Shown here piece by piece: positions 50,671-63,675 of a stretch of DNA of 64,000 bases. The stretch is from assembly GCF_018977255.1 (NCBI RefSeq), contig NW_024704749.1, forward strand, positions 13,888,001 through 13,952,000. The letters are read 5' to 3'. The notes under the pieces are model-generated. The model did not search any database. It saw only the letters and a list, made by a program, of their open reading frames with translations, and was not told the DNA's origin. Origin of the DNA: Callorhinchus milii. Taxonomy: Eukaryota. The translations under genes were made by a program, and so were the position numbers. Numbering within the stretch: position 1 is the first letter of the stretch; each line of letters starts with the position of its first letter.

Positions 50671-53600
50671 AATCTCTGTAATGCAGCCACAGAAGAGTAT
50701 TGGAAACTCAAATAGGAAAAAGGAGGGAAACGGTAAGACTGCAAAACAAACAGTGAGACTGAACATGAAGTACAGATCTGGTCGAGGACAATTTTTGGTT
50801 GTTTGAAGATGGGATAAAACAGTTTATTCTGTACATTATTGCTACAGCTGAAGAAAAAAGCATTGAAGCAAACAACTCTCCATTGCCCTTCCTACCCAAC
50901 AGCGAGAGTCAAAGGCATCCCTCTAGAGAAGCCGAATTGCTAGATGGGATTGATAGTTAATACATTTTATATATCAGAAACCTCACTTTTCGGGATTTCA
51001 CTTTTGTACGACACAGTGCCTAATTTGGCAACGGACAATATTAAAATATTAAAAATATCTCCCGGTAGAGATTCCGAAGTGGCCCTATGAAAAATACGGC
51101 ACAAAAGTAATCTACGAAGCAGAGTGGGAAAAAATGACAAGAAGTTATTTGAAAACTTTATAAGATTCGAGTCTGTTTGAGAGGTGTAGTAACATTGAAT
51201 CGGTCTGTCCTGACATACTGGAAATGTCCACGCATTGCAGTTTGAAGATTTAATCCTTGGCTTTCAGTGTTATGCCGGTAGGAAGATAGCAGCAAAACCT
51301 GGTAAACACGTTCATGTTTACAGAGTTCAGTACCTGAAAATCAGGTGGCATTGACAATGTTTCTGTCTCTGTCTATCTCTCTCTATCTCGGTCTCTTATC
51401 TCTGTGTGGTTGAGAATTAAATCACGCAATCGGCTGACGTGGCTCGCACACCTAATTTTCACACTTAATTCGATATTTTAGATTCTCACACAAATAAAAT
51501 CCTCTTTTTATCGGGCAACAAAAAATCCCCAATCCTACATACAGTATAATCTTGCAATAATAATAATAATAATTCTAATCCTTATGTTTGATATAGCACC
51601 TTATCATGTCATTGAGACATCTCGAAGCGCTTCGCAGGATACGCTGTAAAGTGGAGTGACTGTGTATTTTTGTGGGCCAAACGCAGTAGCCAATTGCACA
51701 CAGCAATCCGCCTACAAATACACAGTCACTACGCTCTGGTAAATTCTTATAAAGGGCTTTGAGACGTTTCAATGACGTTAGAATGTACTATATCATAATG
51801 CAAGGGTTATTGCTCAACCTGCAACCTAGTTACCAGTGCCTGCGTTCTGTGTGACGTCTCAGTGTTGTTTTATCTCTATCACAAATTTCGAATGATAAGA
51901 GCAGAATAACGTGTGACTTGGCTGTGGGTAAGGCGGGACAGTAGTAACTAAATAAATGTGGGGAAAGAAAAGTTCAGATATTAACTTGAAACGATTTACA
52001 AGTGCTCTTACCCATTGTGCAACTGAATCGGTTGGTACGGAACAGTATATAAACATGAGCGTATTGTTCGTTCTGTTAATTGGAAACTAAAGTGAATTCT
52101 GAGTTCATTTACAGCTTTGCCTTGAAGGCGGTACTACAGTTCTTTAAGAGTTTAATTCTACTAAGTTTGAGCTGCGTTTGAACCAAAATGGAAGCTCATG
52201 CTTTCCTGTGTAAAAATCTGTGCGTTCTTACTTAACCTGTAGACGGTGAGACTTTGCCAGTGTTTGTTGCCCAGCCCCTATTCGCCCTGTGCTGGCCGGG
52301 GGCCTTCTCGTTAAACCACTGCCCTTATTATTAGTGATTTTTGTGTTACTCATTGAAAGATAGACCTCACGCTGTTTGCTTTACGATGACAATTCTGAGT
52401 CATCTTAAAGTTACAGCGTTGGGGACTTGAAACACTGAATGGAGCAGTTGGGCAGTAGCATACTGGTGAACATGTTCATTTGCAGCTTGATGTGGCTCAA
52501 CGCAGGATCCCTTAACAGCTTGGCTTGCCTCTCAGGAAATCTTCTGCCCTGTTCTTAAGCCAGGATGCAGCAGTGTACAAACCCTCTGGATAATCTGTGT
52601 CTAACCTCGCTTGCTCACATACTCTTGGCCCGCATTTGGAGTAATGCCATAAATACAGTACGTCTCAATCCTGGAACCCTAATTCCAAAATTGAATACAT
52701 TGAATAATATATCGATTTACTGTTGGGTCGAGGGGACGGAGGGGAGGGGGTTGGGGAGGGAGGGGTGGTGGGGAGGGGAATAAGAAGCAGTTGTAAACTC
52801 AGGCCAGAAGTTCATTATGAAACTCGCCAGTGTGTGAAGTTTGACAAATACAGAGTTGTCAAGTTCTGAAATCAGTCCAGGACTCGTTCCTTATCTGAAT
52901 GCATTTGCTCGACAACTAAGCCTGCCTTTGTGAGCAGCAGTGGTTACACTTGTAATCTTCCCCTTGTTATAGGGTTCACAATTCCCGCGGAGCAAGTTGC
53001 GGCTTCCTCTCAGTGAACGTTTGGGTTTGCTTGGGCCGGTCTAGTGATTCACCAAACAACAGTCTGAGGTGTCGGAAAGAGCAGCGTTGGAGTGAAACAG
53101 CTTTTCCTCCACCTCCTCTCTCCTGTGGGCTTGACAGTTTCAACCCTCTTCTGCCTGTCAGAAGCGAATTACAGGTCCTACTGAGTGCTACTGAGCGCTC
53201 GAATCAGCGGAGGTGACAAAAGGTGACCGACCGTGTTCAGAGTGCAAATTCCACCTCCTCTCCCTGAGGCCGGAAAGTTAAAGGTGATTGTGTGCCGTTG
53301 TATTTCTTTGCATCGGTTTGAACTCATTTAACCTGGAAAGGGGGCGAGAGTGGGTTGGATCCGGGATGTGATCGGTATCTCTTTGTGTACTACATTTTTT
53401 TTTAACCCCACCATCTCTGCTTTGCCTTGACCGTTGTTTGCGAGCTTAAGGGAATCTCTGAATCAGGACCTTTGCAATGTACCTTTGTGATTGTTTAGAT
53501 CGAGTGGGCCATACCCTGCCTTGTTTTGAGAATCATTGAGGAGAAACTCCGCCTGCGAATAGAGACTCCCTCTGTTCGGGCGGCATTTCGGAGCCTCCAG

Positions 53601-54139
53601 AATCTGGCAAGTTGTTGACTTTGTTCTTAACTTTGCAGCTGGCTTCAAAATGTGTTGAAACATGCACCAAATCCTAAGATGAGATGCTCTAAAATGCTGT
53701 TCGAACAGAGTAAAATCTGGCCACTGGCCAAAACGTTCACAAGAGAGGCTCCGATAATGCAGACTCTTCAGCCCATTTCATCTCATCCTTCCAGAATAGC
53801 CGCCCTGTCACCCTCCCAACACAGCATTGAGCGGCTTCTTAAATGATTCCAGAGCCACTTTCTTGGTAATGCTTTCAAGTCGTCAATTTTCCCTCCGGCT
53901 AAAGAAATGCACCTGAACAGGGTGTCTGTCCTGAAATGGCCCTTTTTACTCTCCCCCACTAACCCTTCGCCGTCTTAACATACCCGAAAGTATTATTTGG
54001 GGGTTTATTTTCTCAATCCCATTGAAAGTCCTACACACTGTATCTCTGTAGGATTCCCCTCGTGGATCCTAACCGTTCTTGTGATCTTTTCCTTGTGTTT
54101 GGTCTGTGGTGCGGTGTTTCTGAATGGCAATGACCACTG

Positions 54140-54390
54140 GCTGGAGCCCACTCTGGAACTCCATCCCACGGTCCCTTCGCCTCGCTTCCTCCCTCGCCTC
54201 GTTCAAGGTCGGTCTCAAGACCTTTCTCTTCGACCGTGCCTTTGGTCTCCCTCCCACCTCTCTGCCTTCCCTCACCCCTACACCACCCCTCCTCGCCCAT
54301 GCTCGGGGCCCGACACCTAACTGTTCAGCGCTTTGGGACGTCCTCCCGACGTGAAAGGCACTCTATAAATGTAATTTTGTTGTTGTTGTT
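54140..54390 (+). mobile_element. LINE (L2 clade) 3' fragment
   Basis: Encodes LWNSIPRSLRLASSLASFKVGLKTFLFDRAFG, then tail gcgctttgggacgtcctcccgacgtgaaaggc..(ttg)n; related pieces at 1-70, 4665-4830, 43545-43800, 47390-47650, 56155-56410 and 59440-59715. Confidence 0.72.
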
Positions 54391-54742
54391 AGTGAGGTGA
54401 GTGGGTAAAAGGCCAGACATTTAAGTCAGAGAGGCTACTGGAGAAAGCAATTCTACTGGGGAATAAGGCGGAACTTGTACATTGTTATTGCAGGTTTTGA
54501 GGTCTTGGGTTGCAGTAAATGTGTGTGGGCAGCTGATTTCCTTTGTGACTACTGTACACGAGCAATTACTAAGGCTCCACATGGCCAGGCGTATGTGATT
54601 GGCTATCTCTTCATTGATCGTTGCAATATTAGGATGTTGGAGAAAGAGAAACGAAAAGATGTGCCGCATTTTATTAGCAGCTGCACCGAAGGGTTTTTTC
54701 CTTGTATTGTATTCCGTGCATTGGATTTATTAGTGGCATTTT

Positions 54743-55115
54743 GTGGAATCCTATAGCTCAGGGGTTATAGCGCTTGCCCTACAAGCGAGAGGTCCCGGGT
54801 TCGATACCTGTCGGGGCAAAGCCACAGGCAAGTTTCCTTTCTCCACCTGCCTCTGTTTACCCAGCAGTAACTAGGAACGCGGTTGATAGTCGATTGGTGG
54901 ATCGCTTTCTGGGGGTAATAATCCCTTCAAAAAAAAATTATAATAACTGAGTCACTGAATCTGCCGTGTGCAATTGGCTGCTGCGTTTCGCCCTAAAAAT
55001 ATGGGGTCAATTCACTTTACAGGTTATTCTGTGAAGCGCTTTGAGGCGTCTCAATGATGTGATAAGGCGCTGTATCAATACAAGCAGTATTATCATTATT
55101 ATTATTATTACTATG
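54743..55115 (+). mobile_element. Full-length tRNA-derived SINE
   Basis: Head tagctcaggggttatagcgcttgccctacaagcgagaggtcccgggttcgatacc (A and B boxes), body, tail gtgaagcgctttgaggcgtc..gataaggcgct..(att)n. Confidence 0.8.
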
Positions 55116-55155
55116 ATTATTATCTTCTGATCTCACCTCTGCAGGTGCTCCCATC

Positions 55156-57475
55156 ATGTCTAAGTCAGGGGTAATAGAAAATGACCCTGGAAGCCCCACA
55201 CAGTATTCTGGTGAATCGTCAGACACATATTTTTATGTGGACCGCTGGCAAAAACTCCGAACTGCTGTCAGGAAGCTAGAATTCTGGGAAAACTTTCATT
55301 CCGAACTGATAGGGAGCGGTTTCTGTTCTAATGTGTACAAGGTAAGAAAAGCGGCGAGCATGATAATAATAATAATAATAATAATAATCCTTGCATTTGA
55401 TATAGCGGCTCATCACGTCGTTAAGACGCCTCAAAGAGCTTCACAGGTTTGTACTGTAAAGTGTAGTGACTGTGTATTTTCTGGGCGAAACGCGGCAGCC
55501 AATCTTCTACCGTTGACCGCTGTGGATTCTGCGCACAGTAACAACAACAACAACAATACTACATTTATAGAGCGCCTTCTACGTCGGGAGGACGTCCCAA
55601 GGCGCTGAACAGGCACTGACAGCACAGGACCACTTTGTTATAAAGTGGAACATTTTATGGCCCCCCCTCCCAAGCCCACTCCACCCCCCGCCATAAAAAC
55701 CACCGCATTGATCCTGCTGACAAAAGTGGAGACGGGCTTTGTTCTCCAGCACTGTGTGGAGTTTAATGAGGATAAAGTGACCACTTACAGTGTTATTGCA
55801 AGCCATCATCGCCAGGTTGGACTTGTCTGGATGAAATGTTCCTCCTTGTGAACGGCAGCTTGATTACAACAGAAACCGTCAAGGCAAAACTATTGACAAC
55901 ATGCAATGTGTTGCAGCAGCCACAGACGTGAATCAGGCTGAAGACAGCTTTAGGAGAGGGATGTTAAATTGGATCCATCGGTTATCTGACCGGCTGGCTG
56001 TGAAGGCATTGAAACAGCATTGATTTTCTTTTAAAGTCGGGCTCCACTGGGGCATCGGACTTGACCGGTGTAAAGTGTGTGGCCGGCAGCTAAGCTAATG
56101 TACACCCCCCCCTCCCCCCACCGACACTCAACACGCTAGGCTCCAACACACGATCAGCAACAACAACAACTTGCGTTTACACAGCGCCCCTCACGCAGGG
56201 TAGCGTCCCTGAGAGCGCTGGAGAGTGATGGAGCACGACCCCGAGCTGGGGGGAGGCGGGGGAAGGTGACCGTAGGCACGGTCGAAGATGAAGGTCTTCA
56301 GGTGCGACCTGAAGCGGACAAGGCAGAGGGATTGAGGGAGAGTGCTCCCAGGGTTTCTGGGCCTAGTGGCTGAAAATGCAGCCAGCGATGGCGGAACAGA
56401 GGGCAGGAGGGACAAGCAGGAGCTCGGAGTCGGCCGGGTGTGAAGCAGCGTTTTCTGCCTGTGAGCTGCCAGCAAACCCGGAGAGCGCATTATTAAAACT
56501 GCGCTGAGTTTCCAGTTCTGGCTAAGAGGTATGAAACACAGTAACCCCACTGAAAGCTCTTCTTTTCATTTCTCTCATCTCTCAGATAACCCACAAAACA
56601 AGCCATAAAGTCATGGTGGTCAAAGTGTACAAGCTTGAAGTTGACCAGCATGTCGTAGTACGAGAGATCAGCCTTCTCCAGAAACTCTCACATCCTAACA
56701 TAGTCAGGTAACCACCGATGAGACTGAATGCTCCCTTCATGAAAATTCCTTCTGTAGGACTCTCAAGAAACGGCAGTTATTGAAACAGTGGGGTCTAATT
56801 TGCGGTACAGTAAAACTCACGGAGTTTCCATGTGTAGGTGGGATGCATGGAATTCTCAGCTGGGTTTGGACACTCTTAAGCACGGTGATGAGTTTCCGGT
56901 GACCAAAACAAACTCTCCGAATCACTTTGAAGAGGCCGCTGTGAAATCGCTGACGGAAAATATTTCACTCGGCGCTAAAGTTGACACCCTTATTTTGAGT
57001 GTAAACTCTGATTAAGGCTAATCCTTCCTGTGAGTAGAGAATAGAGCTGCATTTTCACCGTAGGGAGTGGAAAACAGGACACAAACGGTGCTTAATTACT
57101 TAGTTACAGAGAGCAAAGCAATCAAAAACAAAAGTTGAGCCATTTTACTAATTAATTTAACGGAGGCCGAAATTCAAGAGTTAAGCTGACAGTACTTTTT
57201 CCATTGCATTTTACACCCAAACGCTAACTATAGCCCCAAGTGAAGTGCTGTCACCTTTAGAGTATTCATTTCCAAGAAAAGGTTTTGCAATGGTTAACCT
57301 GGCTGTACCTAGAGAGTAGTCAGTGCTGGAGGGTGGGTTGGCTTGTTGGAGCCGCTGCTATTTTTCTGCCTCAGCCAAAGGAATCTGTTTCCCACAGTTG
57401 TGGTGTGTTCGTTACGGCTTTGCTTGGATAACCAGAGTCCTTGCGAAATGTAGACAGTTACGTGGACTGTGAATC

Positions 57476-57508
<33 letters not shown>

Positions 57509-60500
57509 CCTTCAAGGTCTCAGTATTTTTCAATCAGATCTCAGCAAATTCAAGAGACTTAACAACTAAAACCTTTTCAAGTGGCATCACCACAGCAACT
57601 GGAGAGAGATCGAATCTTTGTTAGGTCGGGTGTGTGTGTGTGTGTGTTGTGTGTGTGTGTTTTTTTTTTGACTTTTCGCATATCCGGCAGCATAGCAACA
57701 GGGCGCAGCCAGAAACAATTGCAACAGGAGCGAACATCTCATAAATTTGACCCTGGCGGTTGCCAGGAGCAAACAGAGATCTGGAGAAACCGTACCAGAT
57801 ACCCAACGAGCGAGAGATAAATTTCTCACAGATGCCCCAGTAACCTTGGATATTGCTCCAGCCAGACTTTCCTAGCCAAGTGCCTGCCTCCACAACTGTG
57901 TCTGTCACTTGCTCACCGTTGTGCTAACCCATTTGCATTATGTCCTCTTTTTAAAATTAAACTACCTGGACGTTTAAGGCAGATGTGTTCATAATTTCCT
58001 AAACTATGTAAGCAAGGGTAGAATAATAGAATCCTATAGCACATTAGGCCCATCATGCCTGTCTTTGAAAGAGGTCTTTCCCCAGAGTCTGGGCCATTTG
58101 TTTTCTTTTCAAGTATATACCCAATTCCCTTTTGAAAGTTGTTATTGAATCTGCTTCCACCCTCCTGTCAGGCAGTGCGTTCCAGACCGTAACAACTCTC
58201 TGGATAAAAGAATTTCTCCTCGTTTCCCCTTTGCTTCTTTTATCTATTATATGTGTCCTCTGGTTGCTGACCCACTCGCCATTGGAAACAGTTTCTCCTT
58301 ACACAATGCAGTGCTTTTCCACCGCTCCGAGACTCTACCCCGCGTGAAGGGCGCTGTATAAATGCAAGTTGTCATTGTTGTCAAACTGCAGTAAGAACTT
58401 AAGTCACCATTGATTTCTGCTGACCCAGAAGTAAGAGTGCTACGAACTGAGCCAGGCTAAAATACCTTGACCAAAAATGCCTTGTTTCCTACGAATTAAG
58501 ATATAATGAAACAAGCGATTGTGAGAGATGGCGTTGTTTTAAAATTGTTGGACTGTCGCCTAGCAAAATTAAACTTCATACAGGGTGTGCAGCTAAGGGC
58601 ACTGGCCAGAGTCTGCGATTGCAAAAGTAATCTTAAGTGCCTGGTATCTTAAGTCTTGTGCTTTATAGCACAGAGTGCAGGAAATGACAACAGCGGCAAC
58701 TTGAAGACCTGGAAGTGTTGACCATGTTTTAGGGCGCTCTGTTATAACATGGAGTTATGGACCCAAACAACTGCAGAATTTGCAATTGTAATATAATTAA
58801 TTCTGAGCGTATTACAATATAATGGGTTTGGCCTGAAATACAACTGACGGAAAACTATCGAGCAGCAGATAGCTGTTTTGTGTACCAACACATGGGGTGG
58901 TTCAATGTATAAAGCATAACCTCTTTGTATAAATACCAAATTCAACACCAGGCAAATGTGCTGACAGCACAAACACCCGCGCAAGTTGTGACCTTCTGTC
59001 CACACTGCATTGTTGTCGATTATTTTTTCAGATATCTGGGAGTGTGCGTGAAAGAAGATAAACTGTACCCATTCCTCGAGGCAAGTATCACAGTAATTGT
59101 CTAAACGTTGCAGTTTTTCTGATCATTGAGAAACGCTATACTAAACAATGATGAATGAACGTCCCGCCCCCAGTGTGTTTGACAACCATGTTGTGCTCTC
59201 TCTCTCTCGCTCTCTGTTACAGTACATTAATGGTGGGAACCTGGAGGAGCTGTTGGCCAATAAGGAGATTAGCTTATCTTGGAAAGAGAAACTGGTTTTG
59301 GCATCAGACATTGTCCGAGGCATGGTCTATCTACACTCAAAGAATATCTATCACAGAGACCTCAACTCCAAGGTGAGACATTTCACAGCCTCTTTTCTCT
59401 TTTCTCCTCCCCCCACCCCATCCCCAACAGACTGGCTCTGACCTCCGGTTTGGCCCTCTTGCCCTCTATTGCCGCACTTTTATCCGCTATGCCCCGAAAC
59501 TCTGGAACACTCTTCTTCTATCCCTCCGCCTTGCCCCTTCCTTCCCCATCTTCAGGTCTTGCCTGAAAACCTTCCCCTTCGATTGTGCCTACAGTCATCT
59601 CCCCCCCTCCCGCCTCCCCCCACACCGGCTTGGCGCTGTGCTCTGCCACTGTCAAGCGCTCCGGGGCGCTATCCTGGGTGCAGGGCACTGTGTAAATACA
59701 AGTCGTTGCTGTTGTCTTCAAATAAATGATTCCATGACAGCAGTTGTTTCCCAATTACAGGGAATTATAGGGAGTTTATAGCAATTAGGTAAAAACAAAT
59801 TGAGATTGAATGAAATATTTATAAGGTTGCTGTTTAATTTACAATGGGCGCTAATGAATAATCTTCCCTATAATGATCAGAGCATTTCCGTTTTGTGAAG
59901 TGGTAGAAAGCACGACATGTAGGAGCAAAGGATAATGGAGATGTGCTTCCTTTACTGCAACCATCCAGTTGTCGTTGTTCGTCCTCTTCTGCAATTATAC
60001 GGTGTATTTTTGAAACCCATTATTTGATTGGACCTGAGCTGATACCATGTAAACTCCGGATATCACTCAAGACACCCACGGCTCTTCAAAAAGACGCATA
60101 GAAAATATCTGAGCCCGGTCGTTGAGGAGAGATTAATGCGAAAGCTATTCAGGACACTTCAGAACCCAGGCGCACACTCTCTCAGATGTGAAACGTTCAT
60201 AGATTATTGATGCAGAAATGACTGGATCTGCAGATTGTGTGGAGACAACAGCTGCCTCAGCCTTTCACTCCATGGCTGTTTGTGGTACATTGCTTTGTGC
60301 TAATTGGCTGTCGCATTTGCTCGCAAATACAGTGACTTCACACATTACCGAAGTGTCTTGAGATGTGATAAGGCGCAAAGGTGTATGAAACTGCAACCAA
60401 CTGCTATCCAATGTATAGAAGGTGGGGTGGTGTGGGGGGAGGTGTTACTTTGTTATGCAATGCCTACATTTATTCCTTTTTCAAAAAGTGTTGAAATGAA

Positions 60501-63500
60501 ATAGTTGCGTTCAATTCCAACCACAATAAACATCACTACCGAGACTCGAACTGAACAATGCTCTCGTTTGAGTTTCTAGCATTTAGCACAAAACATGACC
60601 TTTGGAGCTTCCTCTTTGGAAACTACAACAGTTATAACCACTTGATAACGTAGCACAAACAGCCATCCATCAAGGAGCTGGAAGGCTGAGGAGACAGAAG
60701 GCAATTAGTTGGCCTAGAAATTTGTTCTAAAAGCCGGCCAGTGGTTGCTCAGCTCCACCTCGATCTGATACCAAACCTGATGAGCCAGCCAAGTTTCCAC
60801 ACTTTGGCTTTCAGCCACAAGATCCATTTAGTCGACCAAAGGAATGGATTACTTTGCTCCCAGGCAACCTTAAATTGTAGGTGGTGCTTGTGATAACGGG
60901 GTGCAAAGCCCAGCATTTCTAACGGGATTCCTTCATTTAGGCGCACAAGTTGCGTTATTCCTCTAGCTGTTGCTTGTGTTGTGGAGTTGCTTCCAGGAAG
61001 TTCAGACACCAATTTGGTGCTGATGCAGGTTACTCTAACCCAGGCCTTTGCTCAAGAAATTTTGCATTGCTTGTTTATTCCCCAGCATTGCACCTGAACA
61101 CTTGGGTTGCTATAGATACATTCTGTTGGGACCCAATGCATAATCATGAATTGCTTTACAGGGTGATTTACAGCGAGGTTTAATGGAAATCTCGGGTTCT
61201 TACTCTTTTCCTTTTGAAACACAGTTAGAGCGAGATATATAAAAAAAAGGGTGTGAATTTCAGATACGCAGAATATCTGGCTTTTTTTGGGGGGGCAAAT
61301 ATATGCAATAAAATGTTTTACCCGGAAAAGAAAATTGAGGCATTTCAACAGTATGATCCTATTGATTTTCTGCTGTGAACACACTGTCCTATCCTTCGGA
61401 TGAGACATTAGATTAATTAAAAGATGTCCCATCTACCTGTTCGGGTGGATTTTACACAGGTTCCAAGGTACTATTCAAAAAGAGAAGGGAGTTTCTCTGC
61501 TCAGGAGCTAAATCAAATGCAAGGATTATTATTATCAGTTGAGGAATTTTTGTATTTGTTAATTCCGAATTTCATTGATTTCTCCATGCGATTCTCCCCC
61601 CCTCCTCTAACCTGACCAGAATTGCCTGATCAGGATAACGCAGCGTGGGAGGGAGGCATTGGTTGCGGACTTTGGTCTGGCAAGAGAAGTGGTGGAGCTG
61701 CCCGTGAAGGACCCCGAACGTAAGCTGTCCTTGGTGGGTTCAGCCTTCTGGATGGCACCTGAGATGTTGCGTGGGGAACCTTACGACAGAAAGGTAATGC
61801 GCTACACATCTCGCACACAAAATGCAGTCAATTCTTTTTAAAGTATATCCTGTGAAGCGCTTTAAGATGTCTCGAAGACGTGATAAGGCGCTGTATCAAA
61901 TAATAATAAAGGATTATTATTATTGTGTTACACCAGTCTCACCTTGTGGCACATCGCCAAAATGCCAATTCTTCATTGACCGTGTGTTTAATTGGATGAC
62001 CTGCCAAATAAGAGGCTTAATGGCCAGACAGCAGCTAGGACAGTAATTTGGTCTCAAATAGTGCCGTTCACGTAGGATGAACATAGGTAGCTTCAGACAG
62101 ACACAGAGACCCCTTTCAGCCTGTCAAGGTGCTCTGCAAATTACTCATATCATAAGCAGACTTGTAACTCAATACCACTTGTCTGCCTTCTCTCTATACC
62201 CTCAAAACCCTAACTGGCCAAGTATTTAACTGCTTCCTTCTTAAACAGTCCCACTGACTCTGCATTACGAGTCTGCCTTTGAGAATGAGAAGCTCTTCAA
62301 ATGCACTAACTTGTTGTTGCCCAAATCATAGGCAGCAGAGTGAGTAAACAACAACAATAAATTATAGCTGTATAAACGCCTTTCACATCAGGGGAACATC
62401 CCAAGGCACTGGGTCAGGAATTTGGACCGTAGCATAGACAACAATGTACAACAGTGTTAAATGTTCCTGAGTACAATGTGGTGCATTATGTGCTTTTGTA
62501 CACTGTGTGAATGCTATCACTGCTCTGACTAGTTATATATGTATTTTTTCAGGTTGATGTGTTTTCCGCTGGTATAGTATTGTGTGAAATACTTGGCAGA
62601 ATTTCTGCGGACCCTGAAATTCTACCGAGAACACAGGTAAACAAAGCTCGACATACGTCAACGGGAGTGAAGGGGGTTTTCTTTTCGCTTTATTTTGCCT
62701 ACAGTTTTTTGCCCACAAAACACACCCATCAATTCACGTTACAGTATATTCTGTGAAGCACTTTGAGGCTTCTTGAAGATGTGATGAGGCGCGATATCAA
62801 ATACAAGGATTATTATTTTGACTGATAGTTCAAGACTTGCTTTTAAATTCCACAATATGATGAGTAATACGATCTTGACACATTTACCCCCCAAGGAGCC
62901 AAAGAACAACTTTTCTTCAAACGCAATCATTAATGTGATAGACCTGATAATACTTCTGTTGCGCAAAATTTTTTTTTATCAGCGCAGTCCAGGGACTGAT
63001 TTACTGAAGTTAATTCAATATTCTGTAAAAATAGGTAAAGGCAGGTACATTGTCCGAGTCATCATTAACCTGTCAGAAAGCTGATTCACGGTCAATTATA
63101 CAATTCAAGTTATTGTCCATGAAAGCAAAAGCAAGGGAGCCAATGTTATATATGGTTTACAGCCTGGCACCATGCTGTTTCTTATGGTCTTTTCAAATTG
63201 TAATTAATTAATTCACTCTCGTCTAGGATTATGGACTGGATGCTGAGGCGTTCAAGGAAATGGTGGTTGGTTGTCCTAACCGTGTCCTAGAATTAGCAGT
63301 TAAATGCTGCCGGGTAGGAAATATCATTTTGTTCCCCTCTTTAGACTTCAAATAAACTCCGTGGCTGTTTGTGGGACATTGCTGTGTGCAAATTGGCTGC
63401 CGTGTTTATCCACATAATATGCACAGCCACATCGCTTTACAGTCTATTCAGCGAGATGTGAAAAAGGCACTAAATCAACTGCAAAGATTGTTGTTATTCT

Positions 63501-63675
63501 TATTATTATTATATCAAATGCAAGGATTGTTATAAGACTGGACTTAATAGTTCCTTTGCCATTTCCACAGATTGACGCCTTCAAGAGGCCATCTTTTGCT
63601 GAGCTACTGGAGGAACTTGAAGAGATAGCTGAAAGCCTGGAGCCAAATAAAGGCAACCAGATCCCTGTGGCATGA
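55156..63675 (+). CDS. LIMK/TESK-family (LISK) protein kinase, kinase domain only, ~318 aa
   Basis: Exons 55156-55341 ([11 protein letters not shown]), 56586-56707 ([21 protein letters not shown]), 59032-59080 (GC donor), 59223-59372 ([18 protein letters not shown]), 61620-61793 ([26 protein letters not shown]), 62553-62636 ([26 protein letters not shown]), 63227-63313, 63571-63675 (RPSF..*). Phases are consistent. Confidence 0.94.
55362..55510 (-). mobile_element. SINE 3' part, inverted relative to the SINE at 54743-55115
   Basis: (taa)n tccttgcatttgatatagcggctcatcacgtcgttaagacgcctcaaagagcttcacag..cgcggcagccaat. Confidence 0.7.

Noticed and set aside
54750-54815. tRNA-like sequences here and at about 28770-28835
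   Set aside because: Acceptor stems are imperfect and each continues into a SINE body and tail, so they are SINE heads and not tRNA genes.
56786-57240. Possible MITE with imperfect terminal inverted repeats
   Set aside because: The termini match too poorly by eye and I could not identify a target-site duplication.
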